Virus record (IMG/VR): IMGVR_UViG_3300047160_015156
Location: 1 to 64,000 of that record
Direction: 5' to 3' (one strand)
Source of the DNA: a virus
Length of the DNA: 64,000 nucleotides
Positions within the stretch are counted from its first letter, which is position 1, and every line of letters starts with the position of its first letter. The notes beneath the pieces were generated by a model. It had not been told where the DNA came from and did no database searches. It was given only the letters and a program-made list of their open reading frames with translations. Of the stretch, positions 9,469 to 18,624 are shown piece after piece. The position numbers and the translations under genes are program-made.

Positions 9469-10866
9469 ATGGCTAGTCTCGTCCTCGGAGTGCCGGCAGC
9501 GGTACTCTCGCTCATTCAGGAAGGTCTCCTCGAGCGAGAGTTCCACGACGGCCTCTTCCCCAATCTCGCGTATCGCGCCGAGTTCACGGCGGAGAAGTGG
9601 GAAGGCAATACCGGTACCGAGATCTTCATGTCTCGTCCGGGCCTCCTCGCCCCCGTCGTCACCCCCCTGCAGCCTGGCGGCGAGCCGTCGGTTGCGGACG
9701 TCCCGTACGAGCAGTGGTCGATGCGTCTCGACCAGTACGGCTCGGCGATCGACACCGACATGCCGACGTCGGCGGTTGCGAATAGCAACCTCTTCCTCCG
9801 CAACATCCATCAGCTCGGTCTCCAGGCCGGGCAGTCGATCAACCGGATCGCCCGGAACGTCATGTTCAAGGCGTACCTCTCCGGTCAGACGACCCTCCTC
9901 GCAGCGGCGAGCTCGTCGGCTACCCAGATCCGCGTCGCGGCCCTCAACGGCTTCACCGATGTCGTGATTCCGGGCACCACGGTTCGGCCGTCGCCGGTCT
10001 CCGTCGCCACCCCGCTCCCGGTCACCATCGGCAGCGGTGGATCGCTCGAGGTCAAGAACGTCATCGGGGCAGTTCCCGACAACGCGAACGACCCCTTCGG
10101 TCCGGGCACCCTGACCCTCTCCGCGAGCCTCACCAACTCGCAGTCGCTCCGTGCCTCCGTCGTCTCCGCGTACGCGCCCCGCGTCGTCCGCGCGGCCGGT
10201 GGTTCCTCGATCGACGCCATCGGTCCGGGCGACACGCTCTCGATTCAGCAGATCGTGAACGCGGTCGCGCTGCTTCGTCAGTCGCTCGTCCAGCCGCATG
10301 ACGAGGACGGGTACTACCACGCGCACATCTCGCCGCTCTCGCAGGCGCAGTTCTACGCGGACCCGATCTTCCAGCGCCTGAACCAGTCGCTCCCTGAGGG
10401 CGACGCGTATCAGGAGGGCTACGTCGACCGCATGACGGGGATCAAGTTCATCATGAACCAGGAATCCCCGACCAACCTGAACTCGGGCACCCTCATCGCC
10501 ACGGGCTCGTCGGGTCAGTACGGCCCGGAGATCGGCGCCGAGGTCACCAACGGCTCGGGCACTCAGATCGGTCGCGTCCTCATCACGGGCAAGGGTGCCG
10601 GCTACGAGCGGTACCTCGACGAAGGCCTGTACACGACCGAGGCGGGCACCACGGGCAAGATCGGTGACTTCGATGTCGTGAACAACGGCGTCACCATCCT
10701 CACCGAGCGCATCCGTCTCGTCATCCGCGCTCCCCTCGATCGCCTGCAGCAGAAGGTCAGCTCGGCGTGGTCGATCACGACGGGCTTCGCGGTTCCGTCC
10801 GACATCACCGCGCCCTCGGGTCCGCAGCGCTTCAAGCGCTCGATGATCCTCGAGCACGCGCTGTAA
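9469..10866 (+). CDS. Major capsid protein
   Basis: 465 aa, follows the scaffold, SD GGAGG, strong codon bias, followed by a terminator. Confidence 0.8.
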   Translation: MASLVLGVPAAVLSLIQEGLLEREFHDGLFPNLAYRAEFTAEKWEGNTGTEIFMSRPGLLAPVVTPLQPGGEPSVADVPYEQWSMRLDQYGSAIDTDMPTSAVANSNLFLRNIHQLGLQAGQSINRIARNVMFKAYLSGQTTLLAAASSSATQIRVAALNGFTDVVIPGTTVRPSPVSVATPLPVTIGSGGSLEVKNVIGAVPDNANDPFGPGTLTLSASLTNSQSLRASVVSAYAPRVVRAAGGSSIDAIGPGDTLSIQQIVNAVALLRQSLVQPHDEDGYYHAHISPLSQAQFYADPIFQRLNQSLPEGDAYQEGYVDRMTGIKFIMNQESPTNLNSGTLIATGSSGQYGPEIGAEVTNGSGTQIGRVLITGKGAGYERYLDEGLYTTEAGTTGKIGDFDVVNNGVTILTERIRLVIRAPLDRLQQKVSSAWSITTGFAVPSDITAPSGPQRFKRSMILEHAL

Positions 10867-10891
10867 CCGGCTCTCAGATCGCAATCCACAC

Positions 10892-10924
10892 GGGCCCTCG
10901 GCTACCACCGAGGGCTTTCGTGTT
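10892..10924 (+). terminator. Rho-independent terminator after the capsid gene
   Basis: GGGCCCTCGG-CTACCA-CCGAGGGCTT, then TCGTGTT. Confidence 0.65.
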
Positions 10925-10949
10925 CCATCATCGTCAAGGAGGCAATCAC

Positions 10950-11282
10950 ATGGCGCGCCGTACGAATGCAAACGTTCCCGAGGCTCATCCCGCTGACCAG
11001 ATGGGGGGTGCTCCGGGCATCCTCCCGGACCAGATCCCGGAGGCGGCGAAGATGATCGCCAACCCCGCCGCATCGGCATCCGTCGCCGGCGAGAAAGAGG
11101 CGGAGTCGGTCCACGTGTCGCGGAAGTTCAAGGTGAAGAACGATCTTCAAAACGGGAAGGGATTCCCCATCCTCCTCGGTGGATGCCTGACGCACTTCCC
11201 CAAGGGCAAGATCGTGGACGAGTCGGCGTACGACGTCGACGGTCTCCGCCGGCAAGGTCTCGAGCTCGAAGAGCTGACGTAA
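10950..11282 (+). CDS. Hypothetical head-associated protein
   Basis: SD AAGGAGG before ATG 10950. Confidence 0.65.
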   Translation: MARRTNANVPEAHPADQMGGAPGILPDQIPEAAKMIANPAASASVAGEKEAESVHVSRKFKVKNDLQNGKGFPILLGGCLTHFPKGKIVDESAYDVDGLRRQGLELEELT

Positions 11283-11298
11283 GGAAAGGACGCGGGCG

Positions 11299-11697
11299 AT
11301 GCTGACCGAAGACGAGAAGGTTCGAATCAGGCATCATCTGGGATACTTGAATGTTCAAGAAGCTCAGACGTTCGTGCTCGGCATTCCCGCGGCCGTTCAG
11401 ACTCAGTTCATGATCGAGGGTGCGTTCGCGAAGGTTCTCCCCCAAGCGGAGAACCTTCTCCGGACCCTCCTCTGCCGCTGCGACGAGATCGAGAAACAGG
11501 TCTTCGGGGGATCGGATCTTGCCGATGTGACCAAGACGGGAAACATCGAGGTCAACCCGAAGCGCCTCGCCGACCTTGCTCGCTACTACCGCATCGCCCA
11601 ACAGGGGATGACCAACCTCCTCGGTGTCACTGCCAACCCCTTCGACATGAGGGAGTGGGTGATGTCGGGCGTGGGCATCAACGTTCCCGTTCGGTAA
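11299..11697 (+). CDS. Head-tail adaptor/connector
   Basis: MLTEDEKVRIRHHLGY N-terminus; size and position after the capsid gene. Confidence 0.6.
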   Translation: MLTEDEKVRIRHHLGYLNVQEAQTFVLGIPAAVQTQFMIEGAFAKVLPQAENLLRTLLCRCDEIEKQVFGGSDLADVTKTGNIEVNPKRLADLARYYRIAQQGMTNLLGVTANPFDMREWVMSGVGINVPVR

Positions 11698-11720
11698 GAC
11701 TGTCCGACGGAGGTGCTGCG

Positions 11721-11996
11721 ATGAAGATGAAGGCGGTTCACGGATCGGTGTTTGCTGCGATGACGTTGCTCATGGTCGGCTGCGCGGCCGCGGTGTGTCC
11801 GATCGTGGATCTTGCCGACAAGGCCTGTCCGCTCGTGGTCTCGTTCGTGGGCGAGGCCGGGACGAAGGAACAGATGATGATCACCCACGATGACGCGCGG
11901 GAGCTCGCGGCTCGCAAAGCCGCGCGAAAGGCAGCGGCAGACCACCGCGATGGTGGGGACGACTGCGACGCCGCGAAGATGGAAAAGGGCAAGTAG
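11721..11996 (+). CDS. Small lipoprotein
   Basis: SD GGAGG; signal peptide ending in lipobox LMVGC. Confidence 0.6.
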   Translation: MKMKAVHGSVFAAMTLLMVGCAAAVCPIVDLADKACPLVVSFVGEAGTKEQMMITHDDARELAARKAARKAAADHRDGGDDCDAAKMEKGK

Positions 11997-12039
11997 ACGA
12001 AGACGTGGCGTGTGTTCTGCAGGCTGATATTCCTACCGC

Positions 12040-12663
12040 ATGGCCAAGAGTGATCGGCCGCGTCCACTGTCTCCGAAGGAAGCCCGCGGTTCTCTTGCGA
12101 ACCGGCTCGGGAAGGTGGTGGACCGAGCTCGGCAGATCGACGTTCGGCTAGGGAACCGACCTTATCAAGTGTTTTTGGTGTGGGTGAAGTGGGACGGGGA
12201 GAGTCGGGGCGATGGCGTGCAGACCGTGATCTGTCGCCACCCCCTGACCCCTACCCCCGTGGTCTCTGACCTCACGGCGATGCAGAAGCGGCCCTATTCC
12301 GTGGGCGTCACGCTCGACGGCAACATCCGAGTCACCGAGGTCTCGACCTCGTACACGCTGGAGGTGCTCTCTGGGTGGACGCTTCCGGACAAGGGGGAGG
12401 ACCAGGTGCCTCAACCCTTCGACTTCTTCTATGAGGTCGTGGAGGATGGGCGACACTGCGATCCGGCCGAGAGGAAGCGTTTCCGGCTCGCCACGGCCCC
12501 TTTTCTCGACGCCCCCAACCAGCAATGGATCCTCTCCCTGCAGAAGGAGAGCGGTGACATGGGGCGCGACGGTAAACCCGTGAATAAGACCCCCCAGGAG
12601 AAGACGGACCCCTGGCGGACCCGAGCTCTCCAACCGCCCCCAGAGGACGACGACACGTTTTAG
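12040..12663 (+). CDS. Head closure / neck protein
   Basis: Position in the neck module; beta-rich. Confidence 0.5.
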   Translation: MAKSDRPRPLSPKEARGSLANRLGKVVDRARQIDVRLGNRPYQVFLVWVKWDGESRGDGVQTVICRHPLTPTPVVSDLTAMQKRPYSVGVTLDGNIRVTEVSTSYTLEVLSGWTLPDKGEDQVPQPFDFFYEVVEDGRHCDPAERKRFRLATAPFLDAPNQQWILSLQKESGDMGRDGKPVNKTPQEKTDPWRTRALQPPPEDDDTF

Positions 12664-12677
12664 GCGCATCTTAGTGG

Positions 12678-13220
12678 ATGCCGACGGTCAAGTTCGACAT
12701 CTCCCAATCCGAGGAGATCGCGCGCCATCTTCAGATGTCGATCGAGGACGTCGGGAAGCGTGCGCTCTTGGCCACGGCGAACCGAGTCGTCCAGCACATC
12801 ACGACCGTCATCATTCCCGCGATCAACCCTCAGCCGGTGGACCGTGGCGCGTATCGGGCAGGGTGGCGGGCGAAGCGCATCCCCGAGGGTGCCGAGGTCA
12901 TCAACACCGTCCTTCACGCCCTCTTCATCGAAGATGGGGTGCGGGGCGAGAACGTGAAGATCGGAAAGAAGATGATCGACGCCCTCGCGGCGTGGGTCCG
13001 TCGGAAGGGCATCGGGGGGACGGTGTCGAAGACGGGCAAGGTCCGGAAGCCGAGCGAGGACACGGCTCGCGCGATCGCGTGGGCGATCGCCGTCAGCATG
13101 AAGAAAAAGGGCATCTTCAAGGGAGGAGAGGGGTTCAAGGTCCTCGCTCGTGCCCTGAAGATCGTGGAGAACGCGTTCGCGCAGGAGCTCAAGACCGAGA
13201 TCGAGCGCGAATACCGCTAG
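12678..13220 (+). CDS. Neck protein (HK97 gp10-like)
   Basis: PVDRGAYRAGW and HALFIEDG resemble the gp10-family PVDTG...YA..VE.G pattern. Confidence 0.65.
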   Translation: MPTVKFDISQSEEIARHLQMSIEDVGKRALLATANRVVQHITTVIIPAINPQPVDRGAYRAGWRAKRIPEGAEVINTVLHALFIEDGVRGENVKIGKKMIDALAAWVRRKGIGGTVSKTGKVRKPSEDTARAIAWAIAVSMKKKGIFKGGEGFKVLARALKIVENAFAQELKTEIEREYR

Positions 13221-13330
13221 GGCAGCTCCATCAGAGCCATCACGAGGACCGTGTAGCAGAGATACATGGTCACGAGGGTGGCGAAGACGATGACGAGGAC
13301 CCCACCCACAATCACGAGATCATCCTTCAT
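13217..13330 (-). CDS. Putative 37-aa single-pass membrane peptide (antisense; not in the ORF track)
   Basis: MKDDLVIVGGVLVIVFATLVTMYLCYTVLVMALMELP; occupies most of the gap between two neck genes. Confidence 0.45.
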   Translation of the reverse strand: MKDDLVIVGGVLVIVFATLVTMYLCYTVLVMALMELP

Positions 13331-13347
13331 GGGCTACAACATGTCCC

Positions 13348-14127
13348 ATGGGTCTCTCGAAGGCAGTTCGGGACGTTCTCTGGGGCAATCCCTTTGGCTC
13401 CGTCGTTCCCAAGCGCTCGACGCAGGTGTCAGCGGTCTACGACGGTCGCACCGCTGCTCTCCGCATCCTCCGCCGCTACATCTCCGAGCTCACCTTCTAC
13501 CGCACGGCAGGGAAGGACCTCCTCGGTAACGTCAAGGACCCGATCGCATTCCAGGTACCCGAACGGGACATCCATGTCGAGTGGCCGGATGACGAGGAGG
13601 AGATGCGACTCCCGGGGATCGCGTTCCTTGCCCAAGAGCCCGCGAATTACGACCCCATCGGAATGACCTCGAAGGTGATCGAGGACAGCAAGGACGTCTA
13701 CGGGCAGGGGACGGCGCTGATCTGGATGTCGGAGCACGTGGAAAACTTCGTGCTCGAGATCTGGACTGAGACCAAGCAACAGCGGCGGTCCATCATCCTC
13801 GGCCTCGAGACCGCGCTCTCCCCCATCGAACAGATGTCGGGGATCCGGTTCATCATGCCGGACTATTACGGGCAGCTCGTCTGCTTCGAGCTCCAAACGA
13901 AGGAGATCGTCGACGATGACACGGGGGTCATCCTCCGCCGGCGAGCGAAGCTCATCGTCCAGCTCCGATACAACGTGGTTGCCCTCTACCCCATCAACGA
14001 GCTCAACCCGCAGACCTACGTGGTGGTGGATGCCGACGAGCAGACCGGGCAACCCCTAGGAGATCCGGACCAAGAGATGGATCCGAGGCCGGCGGACACG
14101 AAGAAGAACCCCGGGCCGGGCCTGTAA
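13348..14127 (+). CDS. Tail completion / terminator protein
   Basis: Position immediately before the sheath gene. Confidence 0.55.
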   Translation: MGLSKAVRDVLWGNPFGSVVPKRSTQVSAVYDGRTAALRILRRYISELTFYRTAGKDLLGNVKDPIAFQVPERDIHVEWPDDEEEMRLPGIAFLAQEPANYDPIGMTSKVIEDSKDVYGQGTALIWMSEHVENFVLEIWTETKQQRRSIILGLETALSPIEQMSGIRFIMPDYYGQLVCFELQTKEIVDDDTGVILRRRAKLIVQLRYNVVALYPINELNPQTYVVVDADEQTGQPLGDPDQEMDPRPADTKKNPGPGL

Positions 14128-14192
14128 CACTCTGGCATGAGGGCGAATCGTACTTCAGTCTCCCTTGGAGCACACGCTCCCGGAGGAGGCCC

Positions 14193-16778
14193 ATGTCCGT
14201 CTTCATTCGACGTTTTGGATTCGACCCCGGCGAGGACGTTCTCCTCGAGATCGAATCCGTCAACATCCTCGACCTCGATCCCCCCGCCTCCATCACCGGT
14301 GTCGGGACGGGTACCGTCATCTGCGTCGGCGAGTTCGAGAACGGACCCTTCGCGGCACAAGCGGGCGTGGCGGAGATGCCGAAGGGCGTCTACGAGGTCG
14401 CGGGCGCGAACGACTTCATCCAAACCGCGGGCTCCTTCGGGTACACCTACGGCGGAATCACAGCGAACAACCCGTGCGCGCGGCAACGCTCGGCAGACTC
14501 CGCGATCACTCCGGAGGCTTGGAACGGGAACGGCTTCATCCAACTCTCGGGGAAGAAGTTCAAGCGCCTCCTGATCGCGCGCGTCGACACCTCGGTGGGG
14601 TCGGTCACCTTCTCTCGACAGGCGTACGTGACGGGGGCGGCGGAGTTCACCTACTCCCTCGCGCCGTCGCAAGTGGTCGCGGTCGCCGATTCCTCGGGTT
14701 CGACCTACACGGCTACGTTTTCGGCCGCAGCGGCGAGCGTTCTCTCCGGAAACGGCACCTACAACACCGGCTTTACCGGAGGCGAAACCCTCACCCTCTC
14801 CGTCGACGCTCAACCGGCGTTCACGGTGACCTTCCTCAGCGGCGACCAGTCGAAGGCTCAGGTCATTTCTCGGATCAACCTCTATGCCGGCTTCACCTTC
14901 GCCTCCGACGGCGGCGGGTCGAAGATCCAGCTCACCGGCATCACGAAGGGCAAGGCGGGACAGATCACGGTGGTGTCGGGCTCGGGTTCGGTCCTCACGA
15001 CCCTCGGTCTCTCGGCGGCGCAAACCTTCGGGACCGGCGATGTCAACGACATCACCGCGGTCTCCTTCCAGGAGGTCAAAGCCAAGCTCGAGGCGAACCT
15101 CACGGGTTTCCAGGTGACCCTCGACAACAACGGCGCTCTCCGTCTCAAGAAGACGTGGGCGTCGAACGATGACTGGTTCCAGGTCACGTCCTCGACCACG
15201 GCATCGGGTCTCGGGTTCACGGTCGGCGAGTTCGCGTCGAACAGCGGGTTCGCCTACATCCGGTCGGGCTCGGGCACCTACCCCGCCGCGCCGTCGACGG
15301 GTGACACTCTGATCCTCGGCAACGACGATCTCCCGAACTTCACCGTCGTTTTCCAGAGCACGGACACTTCGATTGCTCTCACCATCGCCCGGATCAATCA
15401 GTTCGCGGGCTATGCGATGGCGAGCGAGATCGACTCGACTCACATCCAACTCATCGGGGCGAAGAACGGTGGACAGGTTCGGGTCATCGGTGGGACCTCG
15501 ACCGTTCTGACCGCGCTCGGGTTCGTGGCGGGGACCACGATTCAGGCGGACTTCCTGAACTCGGGTCTCATTCCGGCGGGCACGGTCGTGCAGACGTCGG
15601 ACGGGACCAAGCAGTATGTCACGATGCAGGACGTCAACGTGACGGTCCCGAAGAACAGTCAGGTCCCCTCGGGTCCTGGCCCGTATCCGGTGAAAGTCCG
15701 TCCTGCGCTCGACGACGGCTCGGGTGCTTCTTCGAACGCAGGCACCGTGAACACGGTCGGTCGTCCGATCGATCTCGCGTCGTTCTCGGTCACCAACCTG
15801 CAGACGGTCTCGGCGGCCATGACCGAGGCCGCGATCGACTCGGCGTACTCCGACGCCTTCGATGCGACGGTCGACATCAACAGCGTCGCGAAGGACTGCA
15901 ACATCATCTTCGCCGCTCGGCAGTCGAACACCGTCCGGAAGCTCGTTCGGACGAACGTGAACCTCGCCTCTTCGACGGGCTCGCTCGGGCGCATGGGCTG
16001 CGTCCGCCCCCCGCTCAACACGGCCAAGTCGGTCGCGTACTCGAAGACGGATGTTCGGGGTGTGGCGGCGACGCGCGATCAACGGGTCATCTACTGCTAC
16101 CCCGGCTTCAACACCTTCGTCCCCCTCATGGCGAAGCGTGGCCTCGCCGGCGGCGCAGGCTTCACCGTCGACGGGAACCTCGACATCGGGAGCGATGGCT
16201 TCATGGCCTCGATCCTCTCCCAGCTCCCCCCGGAGGAGAATCCCGGTCAGCTCACGGCGTTCACCACCGCGGTGAACTCGCTCGAGACCGGCACGAATGC
16301 GCAGGGCTTCCAGATGAAGGACTACACCGCTTTCCGTGGGGCCGGCATCGCCGCGGCCCGCATGGACGATGGGACCGCGATCTTCCAATCCGGCGTCACC
16401 TCCGTCGATCCCCAGGTCTTCCCCGAACTCCGGAACATCGCGCGCCGGCGCATGGCGGACTTCATTCAGGACACCCTCGCTCGCAGGGGCAAGGCGTTCG
16501 GGAAGAAGCTCTCGACCTTCGTTCGACGCAAGGCGTACGCGAACGAGTGCTCTCAGTTCCTCGAGTCACTCCTGTCTCGGAACAACCCCGCGTCGCAGCG
16601 CATCGCCGGCTACACCGTCGATCGCAAGAGCGGCAACACCCAACGCACCCTCGGGCTCGGGCTCTACCGCCTGATCATCAAGGTCCGCACCCTCGCCTCC
16701 CTCGATTCGATCGTGCTCGAGACCACGATCGGCGAACAGGTCGAGGTCGAGGAGCAGCTCCCGGCCAACGCGGCCTAG
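14193..16778 (+). CDS. Contractile tail sheath protein with large inserted domains
   Basis: N-terminal ITGVGTGTVICVGEFENGPF and C-terminal IARRRMADFIQDTL...FLESL; SD GGAGG. Confidence 0.9.
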   Translation: MSVFIRRFGFDPGEDVLLEIESVNILDLDPPASITGVGTGTVICVGEFENGPFAAQAGVAEMPKGVYEVAGANDFIQTAGSFGYTYGGITANNPCARQRSADSAITPEAWNGNGFIQLSGKKFKRLLIARVDTSVGSVTFSRQAYVTGAAEFTYSLAPSQVVAVADSSGSTYTATFSAAAASVLSGNGTYNTGFTGGETLTLSVDAQPAFTVTFLSGDQSKAQVISRINLYAGFTFASDGGGSKIQLTGITKGKAGQITVVSGSGSVLTTLGLSAAQTFGTGDVNDITAVSFQEVKAKLEANLTGFQVTLDNNGALRLKKTWASNDDWFQVTSSTTASGLGFTVGEFASNSGFAYIRSGSGTYPAAPSTGDTLILGNDDLPNFTVVFQSTDTSIALTIARINQFAGYAMASEIDSTHIQLIGAKNGGQVRVIGGTSTVLTALGFVAGTTIQADFLNSGLIPAGTVVQTSDGTKQYVTMQDVNVTVPKNSQVPSGPGPYPVKVRPALDDGSGASSNAGTVNTVGRPIDLASFSVTNLQTVSAAMTEAAIDSAYSDAFDATVDINSVAKDCNIIFAARQSNTVRKLVRTNVNLASSTGSLGRMGCVRPPLNTAKSVAYSKTDVRGVAATRDQRVIYCYPGFNTFVPLMAKRGLAGGAGFTVDGNLDIGSDGFMASILSQLPPEENPGQLTAFTTAVNSLETGTNAQGFQMKDYTAFRGAGIAAARMDDGTAIFQSGVTSVDPQVFPELRNIARRRMADFIQDTLARRGKAFGKKLSTFVRRKAYANECSQFLESLLSRNNPASQRIAGYTVDRKSGNTQRTLGLGLYRLIIKVRTLASLDSIVLETTIGEQVEVEEQLPANAA

Positions 16779-17473
16779 TCGGGTCGACGCTTCGAGAACA
16801 GGGCAGCTCTCCCCAAGGGCTGTCCGTTCTTTTTTTGTAGGGGTGTCTCCAAGGCCTCGCGTTCGGTCATGCCCCGAGCGACACGTTGGTAAAACGTCTC
16901 TCGAGTACGACCGTAGACCTCGAGCCACTCCGCGAGAGACTTGGTCACACCATCGATCTCGATTGTTCGATTCGCTCGAGTATTGCGGTTTTGTTCGTGT
17001 GAGGTAGCCCAGCGAACGTTTCCTGGTTCGTAGTTGCCGTTATTGTCCTGACGGTCGAGGGAGTGAAGGGGGGAGGGTCGATCCCCCACGTCTTCCACGA
17101 AAGCCTCGTAGGAGTCGTTCCAGCGCTGGCAAACCCTAATCCCGCGACCACCGTACCGGGTGTAAGCGGTGTGATTCGGGTTGTTACATCGGCTCTTCAT
17201 CGACGTCCATGCCCGATACGTGGGGGTCATGGTTCCGCCGCTGGCTTCTCCGTGTCGAAGCTGAATCGTGGCTCCGTGGATTCGTTCCTGTTCTTTTCGA
17301 AGACAACCGCAGGACTTTGAACGTCCAGAAGTGAGTACGACGGAGGTCACATACTTCACTTGCCCGCAGTCGCAGTGGCACTCCCACACGACATGTCCAA
17401 GAGTGTTGTTTGGTCCGCGGCGCAAGACGGTCCAGCGCTCGAACCTCTGACCCGTGAGATCGTTCATCCTCAT
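16775..17473 (-). CDS. Free-standing HNH-type (AP2/HNH family) homing endonuclease
   Basis: DLTGQRFERWTV, WECHCDCG, SKSCGC, YGGRGIRVCQRW, SLDRQDNNGNYEPGNVRWAT..EQNRN; opposite strand to its neighbours. Confidence 0.85.
   Translation of the reverse strand: MRMNDLTGQRFERWTVLRRGPNNTLGHVVWECHCDCGQVKYVTSVVLTSGRSKSCGCLRKEQERIHGATIQLRHGEASGGTMTPTYRAWTSMKSRCNNPNHTAYTRYGGRGIRVCQRWNDSYEAFVEDVGDRPSPLHSLDRQDNNGNYEPGNVRWATSHEQNRNTRANRTIEIDGVTKSLAEWLEVYGRTRETFYQRVARGMTEREALETPLQKKNGQPLGRAALFSKRRPD
16795..16836 (+). terminator. Rho-independent terminator after the sheath, overlapping the 3' end of the HNH gene
   Basis: AGAAC-A-GGGCAGCTCT-CCCCA-AGGGCTGTCC-GTTCT followed by a T run. Confidence 0.75.
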
Positions 17474-17507
17474 AATTGGATGATAACACAATAAGAGGTA
17501 AGTGGCA

Positions 17508-17945
17508 ATGCCGAGCCAACGCATAAAGGGTCAGGAAGTTTCAATTATCATCACTCGAGACGGCAACCTCGAAGCCGAGCTCGTGGACATCAAGTCCTGC
17601 GAGTTCACCGCCGAGTTCGAGATCAAGGACGAAGGCTACCTCGGAGAGAAGACCAACCGGAAGGATGAGGTGTACAACGGGGTCAAGGGCTCGATGGAGC
17701 TCCACATCCACTCCGGTGACATCTTCGACTTCATGCAGGCGCTCAAGGACCGGGCGCAGCGGAACACTCCCGATCTCGTGTTCAACATCGCCGGCATCTT
17801 CGCCTTCCCCTCGGGCGAGATCCGGACCGTCACCATCCCCGATGTGAAGTTCGGCGCAGTCCCGATCTCGACCAACGCGCGAGGCGATTACACCTCGGTG
17901 AAGCTCGAGTTCGCAGCCGACGACTACACCGTCGAGCAGGAGTAA
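17508..17945 (+). CDS. Tail tube protein
   Basis: About 145 aa, beta-rich, between sheath and chaperone; strong codon bias. Confidence 0.8.
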   Translation: MPSQRIKGQEVSIIITRDGNLEAELVDIKSCEFTAEFEIKDEGYLGEKTNRKDEVYNGVKGSMELHIHSGDIFDFMQALKDRAQRNTPDLVFNIAGIFAFPSGEIRTVTIPDVKFGAVPISTNARGDYTSVKLEFAADDYTVEQE

Positions 17946-17952
17946 GGGGCAA

Positions 17953-18087
17953 GCGAGGAGGCGCGATCGGATCCAAGGTAGCTCCTTGGGTCCGCCTACG
18001 GGTCTCTCCGTGGAGGGCTCCCCGGATTAGCTGTCCGGGTAGGTGCGCCTCCTCGCCCTCACGGAGAGCCCACCATCACGAGGAGGC
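17953..18087 (+). ncRNA. Candidate structured cis-regulatory RNA (multi-stem, possible pseudoknot, anti-SD)
   Basis: Five complementary segment pairs read directly; see finding. Confidence 0.55.
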
Positions 18088-18090
18088 ATC

Positions 18091-18624
18091 ATGAGCACGG
18101 ACAAGATCGAAGAGCTGAGCGAAGAGCAGGCTCAGGCAGTTCTCGACGGCGAGGACGTGGAAGAGAGCGGGGACGCACCTGGACCGCACCAGGCCTCAGG
18201 AGATGCGCCGCAATGGGGGGAGCTTCCGAAAGGGCTCACGCTTCCGAGGAAGGGCAACACCGTCGCCTTTCTTCGAATCCCCGCACGATGGACCACGGAC
18301 CCCGGGAGCGGCCGCGATCGCGTGTGCCTGGTTTGGGCCATCGGCGAGACCGAAGAGCGCTTGGCCTACCAGCGCTCGAGGGGAGATGCTCATCGCTCCG
18401 TCAACGAGCTCGCGAAGGCCTGCATCCGCGCCGTCGATGGCGTCAAGGCACGATGGGATGGGAAGGCACCGGGAACGAACGGTGACATTCACGAATTCTG
18501 GACCAACATCGGCCCCAAGGGACGACAAATGGTCCGGAACTACTACATGAAGACGCACTCGGTCACGGACGAGGAAGCCCTCGATTTTTTCTCGAATCAC
18601 TTCGTCAACGTGACCGTGGGCTAG
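18091..18624 (+). CDS. Tail assembly chaperone (lambda gpG-like)
   Basis: SD AGGAGG; lies between tube and tape measure; slippery site near its 3' end. Confidence 0.75.
   Translation: MSTDKIEELSEEQAQAVLDGEDVEESGDAPGPHQASGDAPQWGELPKGLTLPRKGNTVAFLRIPARWTTDPGSGRDRVCLVWAIGETEERLAYQRSRGDAHRSVNELAKACIRAVDGVKARWDGKAPGTNGDIHEFWTNIGPKGRQMVRNYYMKTHSVTDEEALDFFSNHFVNVTVG

Noticed and set aside
14016-16388. Long minus-strand ORFs (e.g. 14016-16388, 9448-11079, 55826-57250, 4348-5628, 1206-2531)
   Set aside because: They are antisense shadows of GC-biased + strand genes, Arg/Gly-rich and with no recognisable motifs.
18040-18070. CCTCCTCGC as an HDV-like ribozyme core
   Set aside because: I could not build the nested P1/P1.1/P2/P3 double pseudoknot or the J4/2 catalytic segment; the sequence is better explained as an anti-SD.
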